64,000 nt of DNA from Spirochaetaceae bacterium (GCA_051531975.1 JAOPTT010000009.1:416001-480000), one strand, 5' to 3'. Shown: positions 18,687 through 29,036, counted from the stretch's first letter. Numbers and translations: made by a program. The notes: a model not told the origin generated them from the sequence alone.

Positions 18687-19361
18687 TTAAAAGCTGAATG
18701 ATCCGCCAAGACCAATTGATAATCCTCTCATCATTAATTCAGCATCACTCTCATATTCAAGGCCAGAGTCGACCTGTGATATACTAGAATACTCACCTAC
18801 TAAATTAAGCTGATGCCATATATTTCTATATGTTACTGATACATCTACACTGATATCCCCGATCTTTACGCCTATGCTTCCACCAGCAAGATAACCATAT
18901 CCAACTGAATTTTCATATTCTAGAGAGTCATCTTCAAATACTGCCTGTGAATCAGTTGTAGATAGATCTTTCTCTATATTTCCCTCTATAGGTCTTAGAG
19001 TTAAGTTGTAATTTACAGCTCCTCCAGCAAATGCTTCGATATACAGAGGACCAATTGGAATATGAGCCTTTAACATAACGTATGGCATAATAGAGTCTGA
19101 GTAGAACCAAGGGTGTTCAGCTTCAGCTTCATCATCGACCATTAATCCATAGTTGGTATTATATGTAACTCCGATTGGAAGTGAAAAAACACTACCAAGA
19201 CCTAATTCAAATTCTAAACTCTGCTCCATTGAAACACTACCGTCACCTAAAAGGTATAGAGATTCTGGTACAAAAACAGAGAATCCTGTTCCTGCAGACT
19301 GGGACCAGGCTAAAACTGAAATAAATATAAGTAAAAAACTTGTTATCATTATTTTCTTCAT
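18687..19361 (-). CDS. Putative small outer-membrane beta-barrel protein
   Basis: Signal peptide (..VLAWS), alternating beta-strand pattern, C-terminal GLSIGLGGSFSF ending in Phe. Confidence 0.6.
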   Translation of the reverse strand: MKKIMITSFLLIFISVLAWSQSAGTGFSVFVPESLYLLGDGSVSMEQSLEFELGLGSVFSLPIGVTYNTNYGLMVDDEAEAEHPWFYSDSIMPYVMLKAHIPIGPLYIEAFAGGAVNYNLTLRPIEGNIEKDLSTTDSQAVFEDDSLEYENSVGYGYLAGGSIGVKIGDISVDVSVTYRNIWHQLNLVGEYSSISQVDSGLEYESDAELMMRGLSIGLGGSFSF

Positions 19362-19515
19362 GTGAACTCCTAAATAGTTCTATATTTTACGTTATATTAC
19401 TAAATTATCCAAGACCTTCCCCATTGAACTTCTAGATATAAGCTTAAAATATAGCCTAAATAGATATAGGTATATGGGCATTTTTGATAAGCTATATTAG
19501 TTTAATAGAGATCTG

Positions 19516-20130
19516 CTATGTTACCATAAACAAATATGAATATATTAAATCCCCAAGTTCTTCCAAATAAACTCTTTGCTCTTCAATAGGTTTGTTTAGA
19601 ATAAAATATATTGTTTCCTCTATAGTATTATTTAATAGGGTTAGTTTAATATTTGTATTTTTGCCTTTAATTGAAATATTTAAATAATTAAATAACATAG
19701 TAATTGATTCTAATAATTCCAAATATAATTTTTCTTTGAGCTCTTTTACTTTAGGCTCCTGTATTAATAGAATTCCAGCTTCTCGATAAAACAATTGACT
19801 ATGCTGATGTATGTTTAGTTGATAATTTAATATAAAGCTGATTAGTTCTTTGTTATTAAGTCCTTTCAATTTCTCCATTTCATTATTATCAAAAACTATT
19901 CTTGATAAAATTCTAAACTCTTTTTCAAAAACATATAAATACAAGTTCAATTTATCATCAAAATAATTATAGAAAGTTCCTAGACCTATCCCAGCTTCTT
20001 TACAAATAGTTCTTAGATCACAATCTTTATAGCCTAAAGTTTGAAAAAGTTTTAAACCTGCTATGTATAAACGCTCTTGTGTATGAAGGAATTTTTGTTT
20101 TCTAATTGATATTTTATTAGCCATATACAT
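19516..20130 (-). CDS. TetR/AcrR family regulator (probable start ATG 20124)
   Basis: AGLKLFQTLGY..CDLRTICKEAGIGLGTFYNYFDDK HTH. Confidence 0.92.
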   Translation of the reverse strand: MYMANKISIRKQKFLHTQERLYIAGLKLFQTLGYKDCDLRTICKEAGIGLGTFYNYFDDKLNLYLYVFEKEFRILSRIVFDNNEMEKLKGLNNKELISFILNYQLNIHQHSQLFYREAGILLIQEPKVKELKEKLYLELLESITMLFNYLNISIKGKNTNIKLTLLNNTIEETIYFILNKPIEEQRVYLEELGDLIYSYLFMVT

Positions 20131-20165
20131 ATCTTATATAGAATGACTTTAAGGGTCAATAATTA

Positions 20166-20237
20166 TGAACGGTTGTTCTGTTTTCTATTGACTAATAATA
20201 AGAATTTAAATAATGTAAATGGGTGAACGCTTGTTCA
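20166..20237. promoter_or_regulatory. Two palindromic operators in the tetR/CPBP divergent region, flanking a sigma70 promoter
   Basis: TGAACggttGTTCt (20166-79) and TGAACgcttGTTCA (20224-37); TTGACT (20188-93), 17 bp, TAATGT (20211-16). Confidence 0.6.
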
Positions 20238-20257
20238 TTATTTATATTGGAGAGCTT

Positions 20258-20998
20258 ATGACAGAACTATTTGATTATCTTATACGAATATCACCAGGGT
20301 TTTTAATGGCGATTATTCTTTTGTTTTTACTAAAAAGAAAATCACCATTATTACATCTTATGATATTTATTTTCCTATTTATTTTTACCCGGGATGCAAT
20401 GACACCGCTTAATCTATGGAGTTTTGGTACGGAGGGATTTTTTTGGCTAAGGTTTACAAATAACTGGATAGTTATACTAACTTCAGGATTTAGTAGTTTA
20501 GTTATAATTTACTTAATGAACATTGTTTCACCAGAATTAAAAAGTGTTATTGTTTGGCAAAAAAATAATAAAATGGTAGGTGTTCTAATAGGAATTACAT
20601 CAGCCATAATTGTTACATTACCACTTATAATTATTCAAATTAATATACCTATAGAATTACGAGGAGGGGTAGTCAGTAGATCCCAAATTCCATTATTACT
20701 ATTTTTAGCGTTAACTGGAAATTTTTACGAAGAAGTTCTATTTAGAGGGTTTTTACAAGGTTGGTTAGAAGCAAAGTTGATGATATCAAAATATAAATCT
20801 GCTATATTATCTGGTTTTTTCTTTGGATTTGGGCATCTCTTTTTAGCATTTACTGTCACAGATATTGGGTGGCAAATAATTATTTTTGCAACGTGGGAAG
20901 GTTGTATTGCAGGATTGGTAAGATCTAAATACGGTGTAATTCCAGCAACACTAACTCATGGTTTAGCTATATTTATATTATCATCAGGTTTAATATAG
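20258..20998 (+). CDS. CPBP (Abi/CAAX) family intramembrane glutamic protease (ORF track start 20219; likelier ATG 20258)
   Basis: EEVLFRG, FGFGH, TLTHG motifs; polytopic; GGAG SD before MTELF. Confidence 0.88.
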   Translation: MTELFDYLIRISPGFLMAIILLFLLKRKSPLLHLMIFIFLFIFTRDAMTPLNLWSFGTEGFFWLRFTNNWIVILTSGFSSLVIIYLMNIVSPELKSVIVWQKNNKMVGVLIGITSAIIVTLPLIIIQINIPIELRGGVVSRSQIPLLLFLALTGNFYEEVLFRGFLQGWLEAKLMISKYKSAILSGFFFGFGHLFLAFTVTDIGWQIIIFATWEGCIAGLVRSKYGVIPATLTHGLAIFILSSGLI

Positions 20999-21049
20999 AT
21001 ATAATACACATACCCTGATTAAACTTTCTGTTTCCTGAATTTAAAGTCA

Positions 21050-23617
21050 TTAGTCACTATTATGATGTGGAAATGTTATATCGAACTCTGTAAACTCCCC
21101 TATAGTACTTTTACACTCTATAGACCCTTCAAGATTCATATTTATCAGGTTAAAGACTATATGCATTCCAAGCCCACATCCTCCATTCATCCTATTTGTT
21201 GTAAAAAATGGTTCATATATTTTGTTCATATTCTCTTTAGATATACCTCGACCTGAGTCCTTATACTTGATGATGATATTTTTATTATCCTTTGTTATAT
21301 TAATCTCAATTATTCCTGACTGAACAGAATCAAAACCATGTATAAGGCTGTTTTTAATCAGATTGGTGATAACCTGATATAATGCTCCAGGGTAACTGTT
21401 TACTAAATAATCTTCTTTTGAGTTAACGACTATTTTATGATCCGTATGTTTGTAAATTGAGTAAATGCTTAATAAAATTTCATGCATATATGATTTAATA
21501 TGAAACCGTCTTTTTTCCTCACTTGTTTGATCAACAGCCACCTGCTTAAAACTTTTAATAAGATCGGAAGCCCTTACCATACTGGAAAGTATTAATTTGG
21601 AACTTTCTGAACATAATGTTAAAAATTGTTTCAATTCAGTCTTTGAAATATGCTCTTGGTTTAATAAAGATACAAAACGCTCAGTTTCAAGTTCTAGGTG
21701 TGAAGCACTAGTTACACCAATACCAACAGGAGTATTAATTTCATGTGCTACACCGGCCACCAATCCTCCAAGGGATGCCATCTTCTCTGATTCAATAAGT
21801 TGTGTTTGGGTATCTTTTAATCTGTTAAGTGAGAGTTCCAGTTTCTTTGTTCTCTCCTCCACCAACTCTTCTAGGTGATATTTATGTTCCTTTAGTTCAC
21901 TATTTAACATAAATAATTCACTGTTTTTTCTAATAATTTCATTTTCCTGTTTTTTTAATTCAGAGATGTCGTAGGCAAAACCTAAATAGCCGTTTATGAC
22001 ATTATTATTGTCCCTTAGTGCAGTGATAATTAAGTTGCTTAGAATATGCTCCCCATTTTTTTTAACATAGGTCCACTCGCGTTCTTCGTAACCATACTCC
22101 CTAGTTTTAAGAGTAAAAACATCAAATCCCTCAACCTTTTTGTTATATTCTAGACTTAGTTCATCCCCCCTTTTTATTATTTCTTCTTTCAAATGAAGCT
22201 CTGAAGGTCTTATTTTGCCAACAATGTCAGAAGACTTATAACCTAGAATTTTCTCCGCTCCAGAATTAAATACTGTTATGATTCCATCAAGATCTGTAGC
22301 AATTATTATAGTTTTAAATGAATAATCAAATATGCTTTTTAATTTATTATGAGAAACAATTATTGATGAAATCATAGTGTTTATAGTATTTCTTAAATTA
22401 TTAAACTCGGTGGTTCTCATTTTCGGTACAGGATTTAATGGAATCCCACTCTCATTTGTTAAACTTATTGATTTAATAAGTCTAAATAACGGTTTAGTAA
22501 TTCCTTTGGATAATATTATTGATAAATAGATAATTATTAAAATAGAGATAATAACCACTATGGAAATAAAAATAATTAAACTGTAGATAGGTTTTGACAG
22601 ATCATCCTGGTAAACTGTTGAAGCAATATACCATCCTAGGGGCTCATAATATGATACATAGGAAGTCTTTCTAAATTTATACTGCCCTTCACTACCTGGT
22701 TTATCCCATAAATATGTTAAATATTTTGTTTCTGACTTAGAAGCATCTTTTAATTCTTCAACTAAAGATAAACCTGTTTCAGGATCTTTAAGATTATTGA
22801 GATTTGTACCTCTTAGATTAGGATGTAACAATGCATCACCATTTTCATTAAATATAAAAAAATATCCATGTTCACCTACTTTAAGATTGGATATGGTATC
22901 ATTTAGTTCTTCAATTACAGTATCAAGCCTATGGTCAGCTTCTTTTTTTATGTCGTCTATATATAATCCGGTTCCTATTATCCAGTTCCAGGGCTTAAAT
23001 ATCTTTACATAGGATACTTTTGGCTGTATCTCTGTCAAACCGGTGGGTGTAGGTTTTGGCCATAAATAATCTACATAACCTTCATCCTGTTTTTCAGTGA
23101 TATCTACAAACGCTTTAAAAAGATTTTCATCTACACCTAATGCACAGTTAAATATAGGATCATCTAGAATTGTACCATCTAGTTCTGGGAGTGTAGGGTG
23201 CATTATCATTTTTGGAAATGGCTTACCTGTATCATTTATCCAAAAATAACCTACATTATCTAGATATCTAGTGTTTTTAATCCTATCTATTGATCTGTTT
23301 TTAGCTTCGTCTAGTGTAAGTAATCCCATTTTGTATTCATCATAATAACTTTGAACAACTGTAGAAATCAGGTTCACATTAGTATTTAGTTCAATTTGTC
23401 GCTGTTTAAGAGTATTCTCTTCATGAAACAGGATACTTTGATGTTGTGTAATAAGGTGATAATTTAAAGCCTCGAGCAGATCTATCGCATTTTTTTCATA
23501 GGATTTAGATAACTCTATTGATGCCTTAAACCCAAATATAACAGCTATAATAAGGGTAAATGATATAAATAGTATAGAGAAAAATATCATTATTTTAGAT
23601 CTGATTGAATTCAGCAC
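21050..23617 (-). CDS. Sensor histidine kinase: tandem Cache_2-type domains, HAMP, PAS, HisKA, HATPase
   Basis: YFWIND..MIMHP and YFFIF..LLHP Cache motifs, IATDLDGIITVFNSGAEKILGY PAS, LVAGVAHEINTP, NLIKNS, DSGRGI, EPFFTT, GCGLGM. Confidence 0.92.
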   Translation of the reverse strand: MLNSIRSKIMIFFSILFISFTLIIAVIFGFKASIELSKSYEKNAIDLLEALNYHLITQHQSILFHEENTLKQRQIELNTNVNLISTVVQSYYDEYKMGLLTLDEAKNRSIDRIKNTRYLDNVGYFWINDTGKPFPKMIMHPTLPELDGTILDDPIFNCALGVDENLFKAFVDITEKQDEGYVDYLWPKPTPTGLTEIQPKVSYVKIFKPWNWIIGTGLYIDDIKKEADHRLDTVIEELNDTISNLKVGEHGYFFIFNENGDALLHPNLRGTNLNNLKDPETGLSLVEELKDASKSETKYLTYLWDKPGSEGQYKFRKTSYVSYYEPLGWYIASTVYQDDLSKPIYSLIIFISIVVIISILIIIYLSIILSKGITKPLFRLIKSISLTNESGIPLNPVPKMRTTEFNNLRNTINTMISSIIVSHNKLKSIFDYSFKTIIIATDLDGIITVFNSGAEKILGYKSSDIVGKIRPSELHLKEEIIKRGDELSLEYNKKVEGFDVFTLKTREYGYEEREWTYVKKNGEHILSNLIITALRDNNNVINGYLGFAYDISELKKQENEIIRKNSELFMLNSELKEHKYHLEELVEERTKKLELSLNRLKDTQTQLIESEKMASLGGLVAGVAHEINTPVGIGVTSASHLELETERFVSLLNQEHISKTELKQFLTLCSESSKLILSSMVRASDLIKSFKQVAVDQTSEEKRRFHIKSYMHEILLSIYSIYKHTDHKIVVNSKEDYLVNSYPGALYQVITNLIKNSLIHGFDSVQSGIIEINITKDNKNIIIKYKDSGRGISKENMNKIYEPFFTTNRMNGGCGLGMHIVFNLINMNLEGSIECKSTIGEFTEFDITFPHHNSD

Positions 23618-23766
23618 TAATAATCCTCCAATTAAATTCTAATACACATCACCATAAAATAACAGATAAATGTACAAAACAAAATCTAAACTTGAGGTAA
23701 GTAAGTCCTTTTGTGAAGATTATATTATGAACCAACATAAAGAATTTATATGGTTTTATAAATAAT

Positions 23767-23788
23767 GTCTAAATAGTCCTATTCAGAC
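23767..23788. promoter_or_regulatory. Palindrome upstream of the ABC operon, candidate regulator site
   Basis: GTCTAAATAG-TC-CTATTCAGAC, 9/10 inverted match, about 60 bp before ATG 23846. Confidence 0.35.
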
Positions 23789-23845
23789 GATTTATCTAGC
23801 TTAATACTCTAAATTTCTAAATATGTAGAGCATTAAGGAGAAATA

Positions 23846-24544
23846 ATGGCTGTTCAAGATGTAGTTATATCAATAGATAAGTTAAATAAAATTTATGAGT
23901 CCCCAGCGGGTCTACTAAAAGCAAACAATGAAATTTCATTAAGTATTAATAAGGGTGATTTTATAGCAGTAGTTGGAAAATCAGGTAGTGGAAAAACTAC
24001 ACTGATAAATTGTATAACTGGTATAGACGATGTTAGTTCTGGAAAGATAAGTATAAATGGTATTGATATTGGATCTCTTAAACAAAAAGAGTTATCAAAA
24101 TGGAGAGGCTTAAACGTTGGAGTTATATTCCAGTTTTTTCAACTGTTGCCAACTTTAACAATTCTTGAAAATGTTATGTTACCAATGGAACTTTGTGATA
24201 ATAAATTACCTAAGGAGAGAAAAGAGACTGCACTAGTTCTATTAGATAAAGTAGGTATAAAAGATCAGGCAAACAAATTCCCTGCATATCTATCTGGTGG
24301 ACAAAAACAGAGAGCTGCAATTGCAAGAGCATTAGTTAATGACCCAACAATAATCTGCGCAGACGAACCGACAGGTAATCTTGATAGTGAAACATCAGAT
24401 AATATACTAGATATATTCACATCATTAGCAAAAGAGGGTAAAACAATTTTAATGGTTACCCACGAAAGGGACATTAGTAAACATGTTAATAGAGAAATAG
24501 CTCTAGTCGATGGAAAAGTTATCTCCGATAGGAGATTAAGCTAA
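23846..24544 (+). CDS. ABC ATP-binding protein, LolD/MacB family
   Basis: GKSGSGKT, LSGGQKQRAAIARAL, ADEPTGNLD, MVTHE. Confidence 0.95.
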   Translation: MAVQDVVISIDKLNKIYESPAGLLKANNEISLSINKGDFIAVVGKSGSGKTTLINCITGIDDVSSGKISINGIDIGSLKQKELSKWRGLNVGVIFQFFQLLPTLTILENVMLPMELCDNKLPKERKETALVLLDKVGIKDQANKFPAYLSGGQKQRAAIARALVNDPTIICADEPTGNLDSETSDNILDIFTSLAKEGKTILMVTHERDISKHVNREIALVDGKVISDRRLS

Positions 24545-26916
24545 TGTTGTCTATTAAAACTAAAAAGGTAGTTGGTGATCTAAAAACATATAAAAGTCGT
24601 TATATATTAATGACACTTGCATTATCAATTAGCCTTTTTGCTGTAACAACACTACTTTCAAGTTATTCTATATTAACAAGAGAAATAGCTAAGAATTATT
24701 TAAGTACAAACCCTGCTCATATAACATTTGAAATAGATGTAATGACTTTAGAACAATTAAAAAAACTTGAAAATATTAACTATGTAGATACCGTAGAGTT
24801 ACGAGATGCTTTTTTGTTTCAAGTTCAAAATAGTAAAGATGATTGGGTAGGATTAAGAACCTTTGTAATTCAAGATTTTGAGAATATGAAACTAGCAAAA
24901 ATATTTAAAGAGTCAGGATCATGGCCTCCTAAAACTGGAGAAGTGCTTATAGAAAGGACAGTACCTGAGTTACTTGGTAAAAATATAGGTTCTAACATTA
25001 GAGTAAAAAACTTAAATGGTGATGTTAAAGAACTTATTGTTTCAGGAACTATTCATGATCCTAGTCTATCTCCTTCATCCCAGGAGCAAACTGGGTACGC
25101 ATATATAACAATAAATACCCTAAAGTATATTACTGGGGATTCAACACTCCACGACTTAAAAATAACTTTAAAAGGCGAAGACTTTACTCATCAGGAAATA
25201 AAAGATAAAAGTTTAGATATCGTAAGTTATTTGTCTGAAGAAAATATCTCTGTTTCTGAAGTATTAGTTCCCCCTCCCTATAGGCATCCACATCAGGGAC
25301 AGATCGAGTCGATACTTAGTCTATTTATATTCTTTGGTTTTTTAGCAATACTTTTAAGTGCTATTTTAACCTCGGAAATGGTCTCTACGCTTATGGAAAA
25401 AGAGATACGGCAGATTGGTATATTGAAAACTATTGGGGCAAAAACATCCCAGGTCTTTACGATTTATTTAAGCTGTATTTTTATAGTGTGCTTAATATCC
25501 ATATTTCTTGGAATTATTCCAGGTGTTGTTATTGGAAAAGGTTTTTCAGCTTTAATAAGTGGATTATTAAACTTTAAGCTGTATTCGTTAAATATTCCGG
25601 TTTGGGTATATGTTACTTTAATAGTTTCAGGTCTTTTAATACCCCTAACTATCTGTTTAATACCCCTAATATCAGCAAGTAGAATGTCAATTAAAAAAGC
25701 AATAACTAGTAACGGTATTAGCACAGTAAATGTAAAAAATAGGGAAAATAAGAAAAGTATACTACCATCTTTTATCCAGATGTCTTTACGGAATACTTTT
25801 AGAAAAAAAGGAAGGCTGTTTTTATCATTGTTATTATTGTCTGTTGCAGGTGCTGTATTTATGACATCAAAAAATGTGACTAAGGCCTGGGATTATAAAA
25901 TTGAAAATTCATTAAGTGGTAGGACATGGGACTTAGATCTGAAACTTATAGGTTTAGAAGATAAAAACAGGGTTATAAATCTATTAGAAAATATACCTCA
26001 ACTTTCAAGTATTGAACCCGTTTTAGTTTCAACTATTTCTGTTTATACAAAAAATGCTATTAAAATTAGTGAAACATATCCTGATGGAGGACATGGTGTG
26101 TTTTATCTTAAATCATTAGTTCAGGGTTCAGAACTTTTTAATTTCAAAATCTTAGAGGGAAGTTGGCTAACTGGAACAGACTACAATACTATCGTATTAA
26201 ATCAGAAAGCTCGTGAATTATTCCCTAACTCAAAAATAGGAGAAAGCATATCTATTTATAATAACAATCAAATTTTAAAATATAGACTTGTAGGGGTAAT
26301 AGAAGAGATTGGACCAGCTACTTCATATGTTACATCTGCAAATATAATTAGGGCAAACTCATTTTTAATTAACTACAATAATTCTCTAGATATTTCAGAG
26401 GAAGTTCTTATTTTGGAAATTGAAAAGAGATTAAGAGAAAATGATATAAAGATTCTTCTTCAAATACCAGAATCAACATTTAGAGATGCAATAAATGGAC
26501 ATATTTTTATTATAATTTATTCTCTTTTTGCCATGGGCATAATTTTGGCTATAGTTGGAATACTTGGTCTCTCTTCATCCATAACATCAAATGTTTTGGA
26601 AAGAAAAAGTGAGTTTGGAATACTTAAAACCATTGGTGCTTCTAATAGCAAAATACTAATTATAGTTTTAATAGAAGCCACTTTAATTACATTTTTAAGT
26701 ATTATTTGTGGAATTATTATCTCATTACCACTTTCGTATAACGTTGGACAAAGTTTAGGTCAAATGGCTTTTAATACACCACTAGATCTTTATCTATCAG
26801 TAAAAGGAACCATAAATTGGTCAATACTAATTATAGTTAGTAGTTTCATTGCATCTCTATTTCCAGCATTAACTGCTGTAGAAATGACTGTAAAAGAAAC
26901 ACTGGCTTGTGAATAA
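24544..26916 (+). CDS. FtsX/MacB-type ABC permease (duplicated periplasmic+FtsX modules)
   Basis: RQIGILKTIGA and ERKSEFGILKTIGA repeats, two large periplasmic loops. Confidence 0.9.
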   Translation: MLSIKTKKVVGDLKTYKSRYILMTLALSISLFAVTTLLSSYSILTREIAKNYLSTNPAHITFEIDVMTLEQLKKLENINYVDTVELRDAFLFQVQNSKDDWVGLRTFVIQDFENMKLAKIFKESGSWPPKTGEVLIERTVPELLGKNIGSNIRVKNLNGDVKELIVSGTIHDPSLSPSSQEQTGYAYITINTLKYITGDSTLHDLKITLKGEDFTHQEIKDKSLDIVSYLSEENISVSEVLVPPPYRHPHQGQIESILSLFIFFGFLAILLSAILTSEMVSTLMEKEIRQIGILKTIGAKTSQVFTIYLSCIFIVCLISIFLGIIPGVVIGKGFSALISGLLNFKLYSLNIPVWVYVTLIVSGLLIPLTICLIPLISASRMSIKKAITSNGISTVNVKNRENKKSILPSFIQMSLRNTFRKKGRLFLSLLLLSVAGAVFMTSKNVTKAWDYKIENSLSGRTWDLDLKLIGLEDKNRVINLLENIPQLSSIEPVLVSTISVYTKNAIKISETYPDGGHGVFYLKSLVQGSELFNFKILEGSWLTGTDYNTIVLNQKARELFPNSKIGESISIYNNNQILKYRLVGVIEEIGPATSYVTSANIIRANSFLINYNNSLDISEEVLILEIEKRLRENDIKILLQIPESTFRDAINGHIFIIIYSLFAMGIILAIVGILGLSSSITSNVLERKSEFGILKTIGASNSKILIIVLIEATLITFLSIICGIIISLPLSYNVGQSLGQMAFNTPLDLYLSVKGTINWSILIIVSSFIASLFPALTAVEMTVKETLACE

Positions 26917-26929
26917 AAAGGAGAATAAT

Positions 26930-27052
26930 ATGTCAAAGAAAATTTTAACAAGAGTTTTAGTTATTACTGTAGTTTTAGTAATAGGAATGTTTTTAACACA
27001 TAATATAGTACAGGGTAATTTTACTACATGGATAAGTAATCTACACTCATAA
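26930..27052 (+). CDS. Unannotated 40-aa single-TM peptide at the end of the ABC operon
   Basis: AAGGAG SD; MSKKILTRVLVITVVLVIGMFLTHNIVQGNFTTWISNLHS*. Confidence 0.65.
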   Translation: MSKKILTRVLVITVVLVIGMFLTHNIVQGNFTTWISNLHS

Positions 27053-27071
27053 TATAATTTCAGGGATCTTT

Positions 27072-28172
27072 CTAGGTCCCTGTATTTAGAAACTTTTTAT
27101 ATTCAAAGGGCGTTTTACCTGTCAATTTTTTAAATACAGCATTAAATGTAGGTTTAGAGTTAAAACCAGAATCAAGGGCTATATCTAATAAATTACTGTT
27201 ATTATACTCTTGTTTATTCATAAGACTAATTACATGCTCAACTCTATAATGATTTATAAAATTATAGAAGTTCTTATTTAATAGATTGTTTAATACCCAC
27301 GATATTTCGTTTCGACTATAACCTAAGGTTTTAGTTAAATCGTTTAATGTTAGATTTGGATTCAGAAATTTTTTGTCATTGATCATAGAATCTTCTAATA
27401 TTTTTTTTAACTCTTTTGATTCAATATTACTAATCTGCCTTACTTTAGATTTTACTGGAAGTATTATCTTATCTTTTCTTTTTAATGCATTAAAACCTAT
27501 GTACCATATAATTATTACAAAAAATAGGGACAATATTGTCTTAATAAATACAAGAGCCTCAAAATGTAATAGTACTACTAATAAAACTAGGTAACTTATA
27601 CATAATATATAAGAAATATTCAGTACAACTTTATTCCATTTTAGGTCGAAGCCATCAAAACATGAAAAGTCTTCTTCTAGTTTTAGACTAGTTACAGTAA
27701 TAATATTTTTAGAAAAATGCATATATATAAACGATTGTATTATTAATATTATCCATAAAGAGACAGAGCTAAATTGAACCATCTTATCGCCTGAAATATA
27801 CCTAGGAAAGAGAGTTGTTAAATACAATATAATTAATAATGCTGGTATGAAGTGTAATAAATCCAGTTTTTTTAGCTTAAACTCTCCACTTAAATGGTTT
27901 TTTATATAGATGTAAATTGCAGGCATTAATACATATTGTATAGGTTCGCTAAGACCAAAGGATTTCCAACTAAAACTATTCCCAACAATTAGATTAAGAT
28001 GAGGATGAACTAGGTTTATAGTACAAAGAAATATTATAAATCCAAGAAATTTATTTTCACCATTTATAGAGCCTTTTTTATTAAAGAGTTGAACCGATAT
28101 CAATGTTCCAATAAAAAAACCACCACCAAGTAGTAGTAACAAAATATTTGAAATCATAAAACAAAATATCAT
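27072..28172 (-). CDS. Membrane-embedded AraC-family regulator (multi-TM N-terminus)
   Basis: Several hydrophobic segments; FLNPNLTLNDL...NFYNFINHYRVE...IALDSGFNSKPTFNAVFKKLTGKTP. Confidence 0.9.
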   Translation of the reverse strand: MIFCFMISNILLLLLGGGFFIGTLISVQLFNKKGSINGENKFLGFIIFLCTINLVHPHLNLIVGNSFSWKSFGLSEPIQYVLMPAIYIYIKNHLSGEFKLKKLDLLHFIPALLIILYLTTLFPRYISGDKMVQFSSVSLWIILIIQSFIYMHFSKNIITVTSLKLEEDFSCFDGFDLKWNKVVLNISYILCISYLVLLVVLLHFEALVFIKTILSLFFVIIIWYIGFNALKRKDKIILPVKSKVRQISNIESKELKKILEDSMINDKKFLNPNLTLNDLTKTLGYSRNEISWVLNNLLNKNFYNFINHYRVEHVISLMNKQEYNNSNLLDIALDSGFNSKPTFNAVFKKLTGKTPFEYKKFLNTGT

Positions 28173-28254
28173 AGTTTATATAGCAATTACAATAAAAGCT
28201 TCTTAAACTTTGATATTAAGTATTATGATATTTCTCAAATAATCTAATACTTAG

Positions 28255-28569
28255 CTATTTTACCCAAAGTATTACAAAAAACAGAGTTATTATAACACTG
28301 CTTAGTACTGTACCCCAAATAAGGAAATTAAGATTCTTTTTAAGTGTAAATCTATAATCTTTTTTGTGAAATAGAAATGTAAGGGCATAAAAAAGTACTA
28401 TTGTAAAAATACCCTGTGTTACCCAATGATGACCAGTCATTATAGCCATAACATCATGTAGCCCACTAAAAGACTCTTTAAGCACAACTAATATTGCAGT
28501 AGTTATAGCTGTAATAAAAAAAGATAAACTATATCCTGAAAATGATTTGTCCATAACATTATTTCCCAT
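28255..28569 (-). CDS. Hypothetical 3-TM membrane protein with GHHW motif
   Basis: LVVLKE..GLHDVMAIMTGHHWVTQG; 2-bp gap to upstream gene. Confidence 0.65.
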   Translation of the reverse strand: MGNNVMDKSFSGYSLSFFITAITTAILVVLKESFSGLHDVMAIMTGHHWVTQGIFTIVLFYALTFLFHKKDYRFTLKKNLNFLIWGTVLSSVIITLFFVILWVK

Positions 28570-28571
28570 TC

Positions 28572-29036
28572 TTATAAGCCTCCATCTGTAACTGCTTTAA
28601 CTACCCCAGTAATTATACTTCCAAAATAACCCATGAATAATCCAAGAATTGTTATTAAAAGAGCTGTTGTTATTACTATTTTTTTAGAATCTTTGCCTTT
28701 AAGAAAATCACTATTTTTTACAAATGGTGGTAACATTAAAGCTAATAATATTAATATTAAAAAAATATGTTCTTTAGTTTCCATTATAATACCATGGGCC
28801 CAAGCCTTTTCGCTCGCTTTAATTATAGCCTTATGTCCTCCATAGTGAAGTACATATAATAATCCACCAAAAAGATATGAAAAACAGATTGAAACAGTAG
28901 ATATACAACTTATAATAAAGATGTTTTTATTACTTTTTTGTTTTACTTTAAATACCTTAATGATTACAAATAATGCTAAAACTATTCCTAGCGTAGCAAA
29001 TAAAACGTGAAGTGTTGTTGATGAAATATCAAACAC
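28572..29036 (-). CDS. Hypothetical 4-TM His-containing membrane protein (GTG start)
   Basis: AGGAGG SD; LHVLFATLG, YVLHYGGHK, WAHGIIMETKEHIF. Confidence 0.7.
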   Translation of the reverse strand: MFDISSTTLHVLFATLGIVLALFVIIKVFKVKQKSNKNIFIISCISTVSICFSYLFGGLLYVLHYGGHKAIIKASEKAWAHGIIMETKEHIFLILILLALMLPPFVKNSDFLKGKDSKKIVITTALLITILGLFMGYFGSIITGVVKAVTDGGL

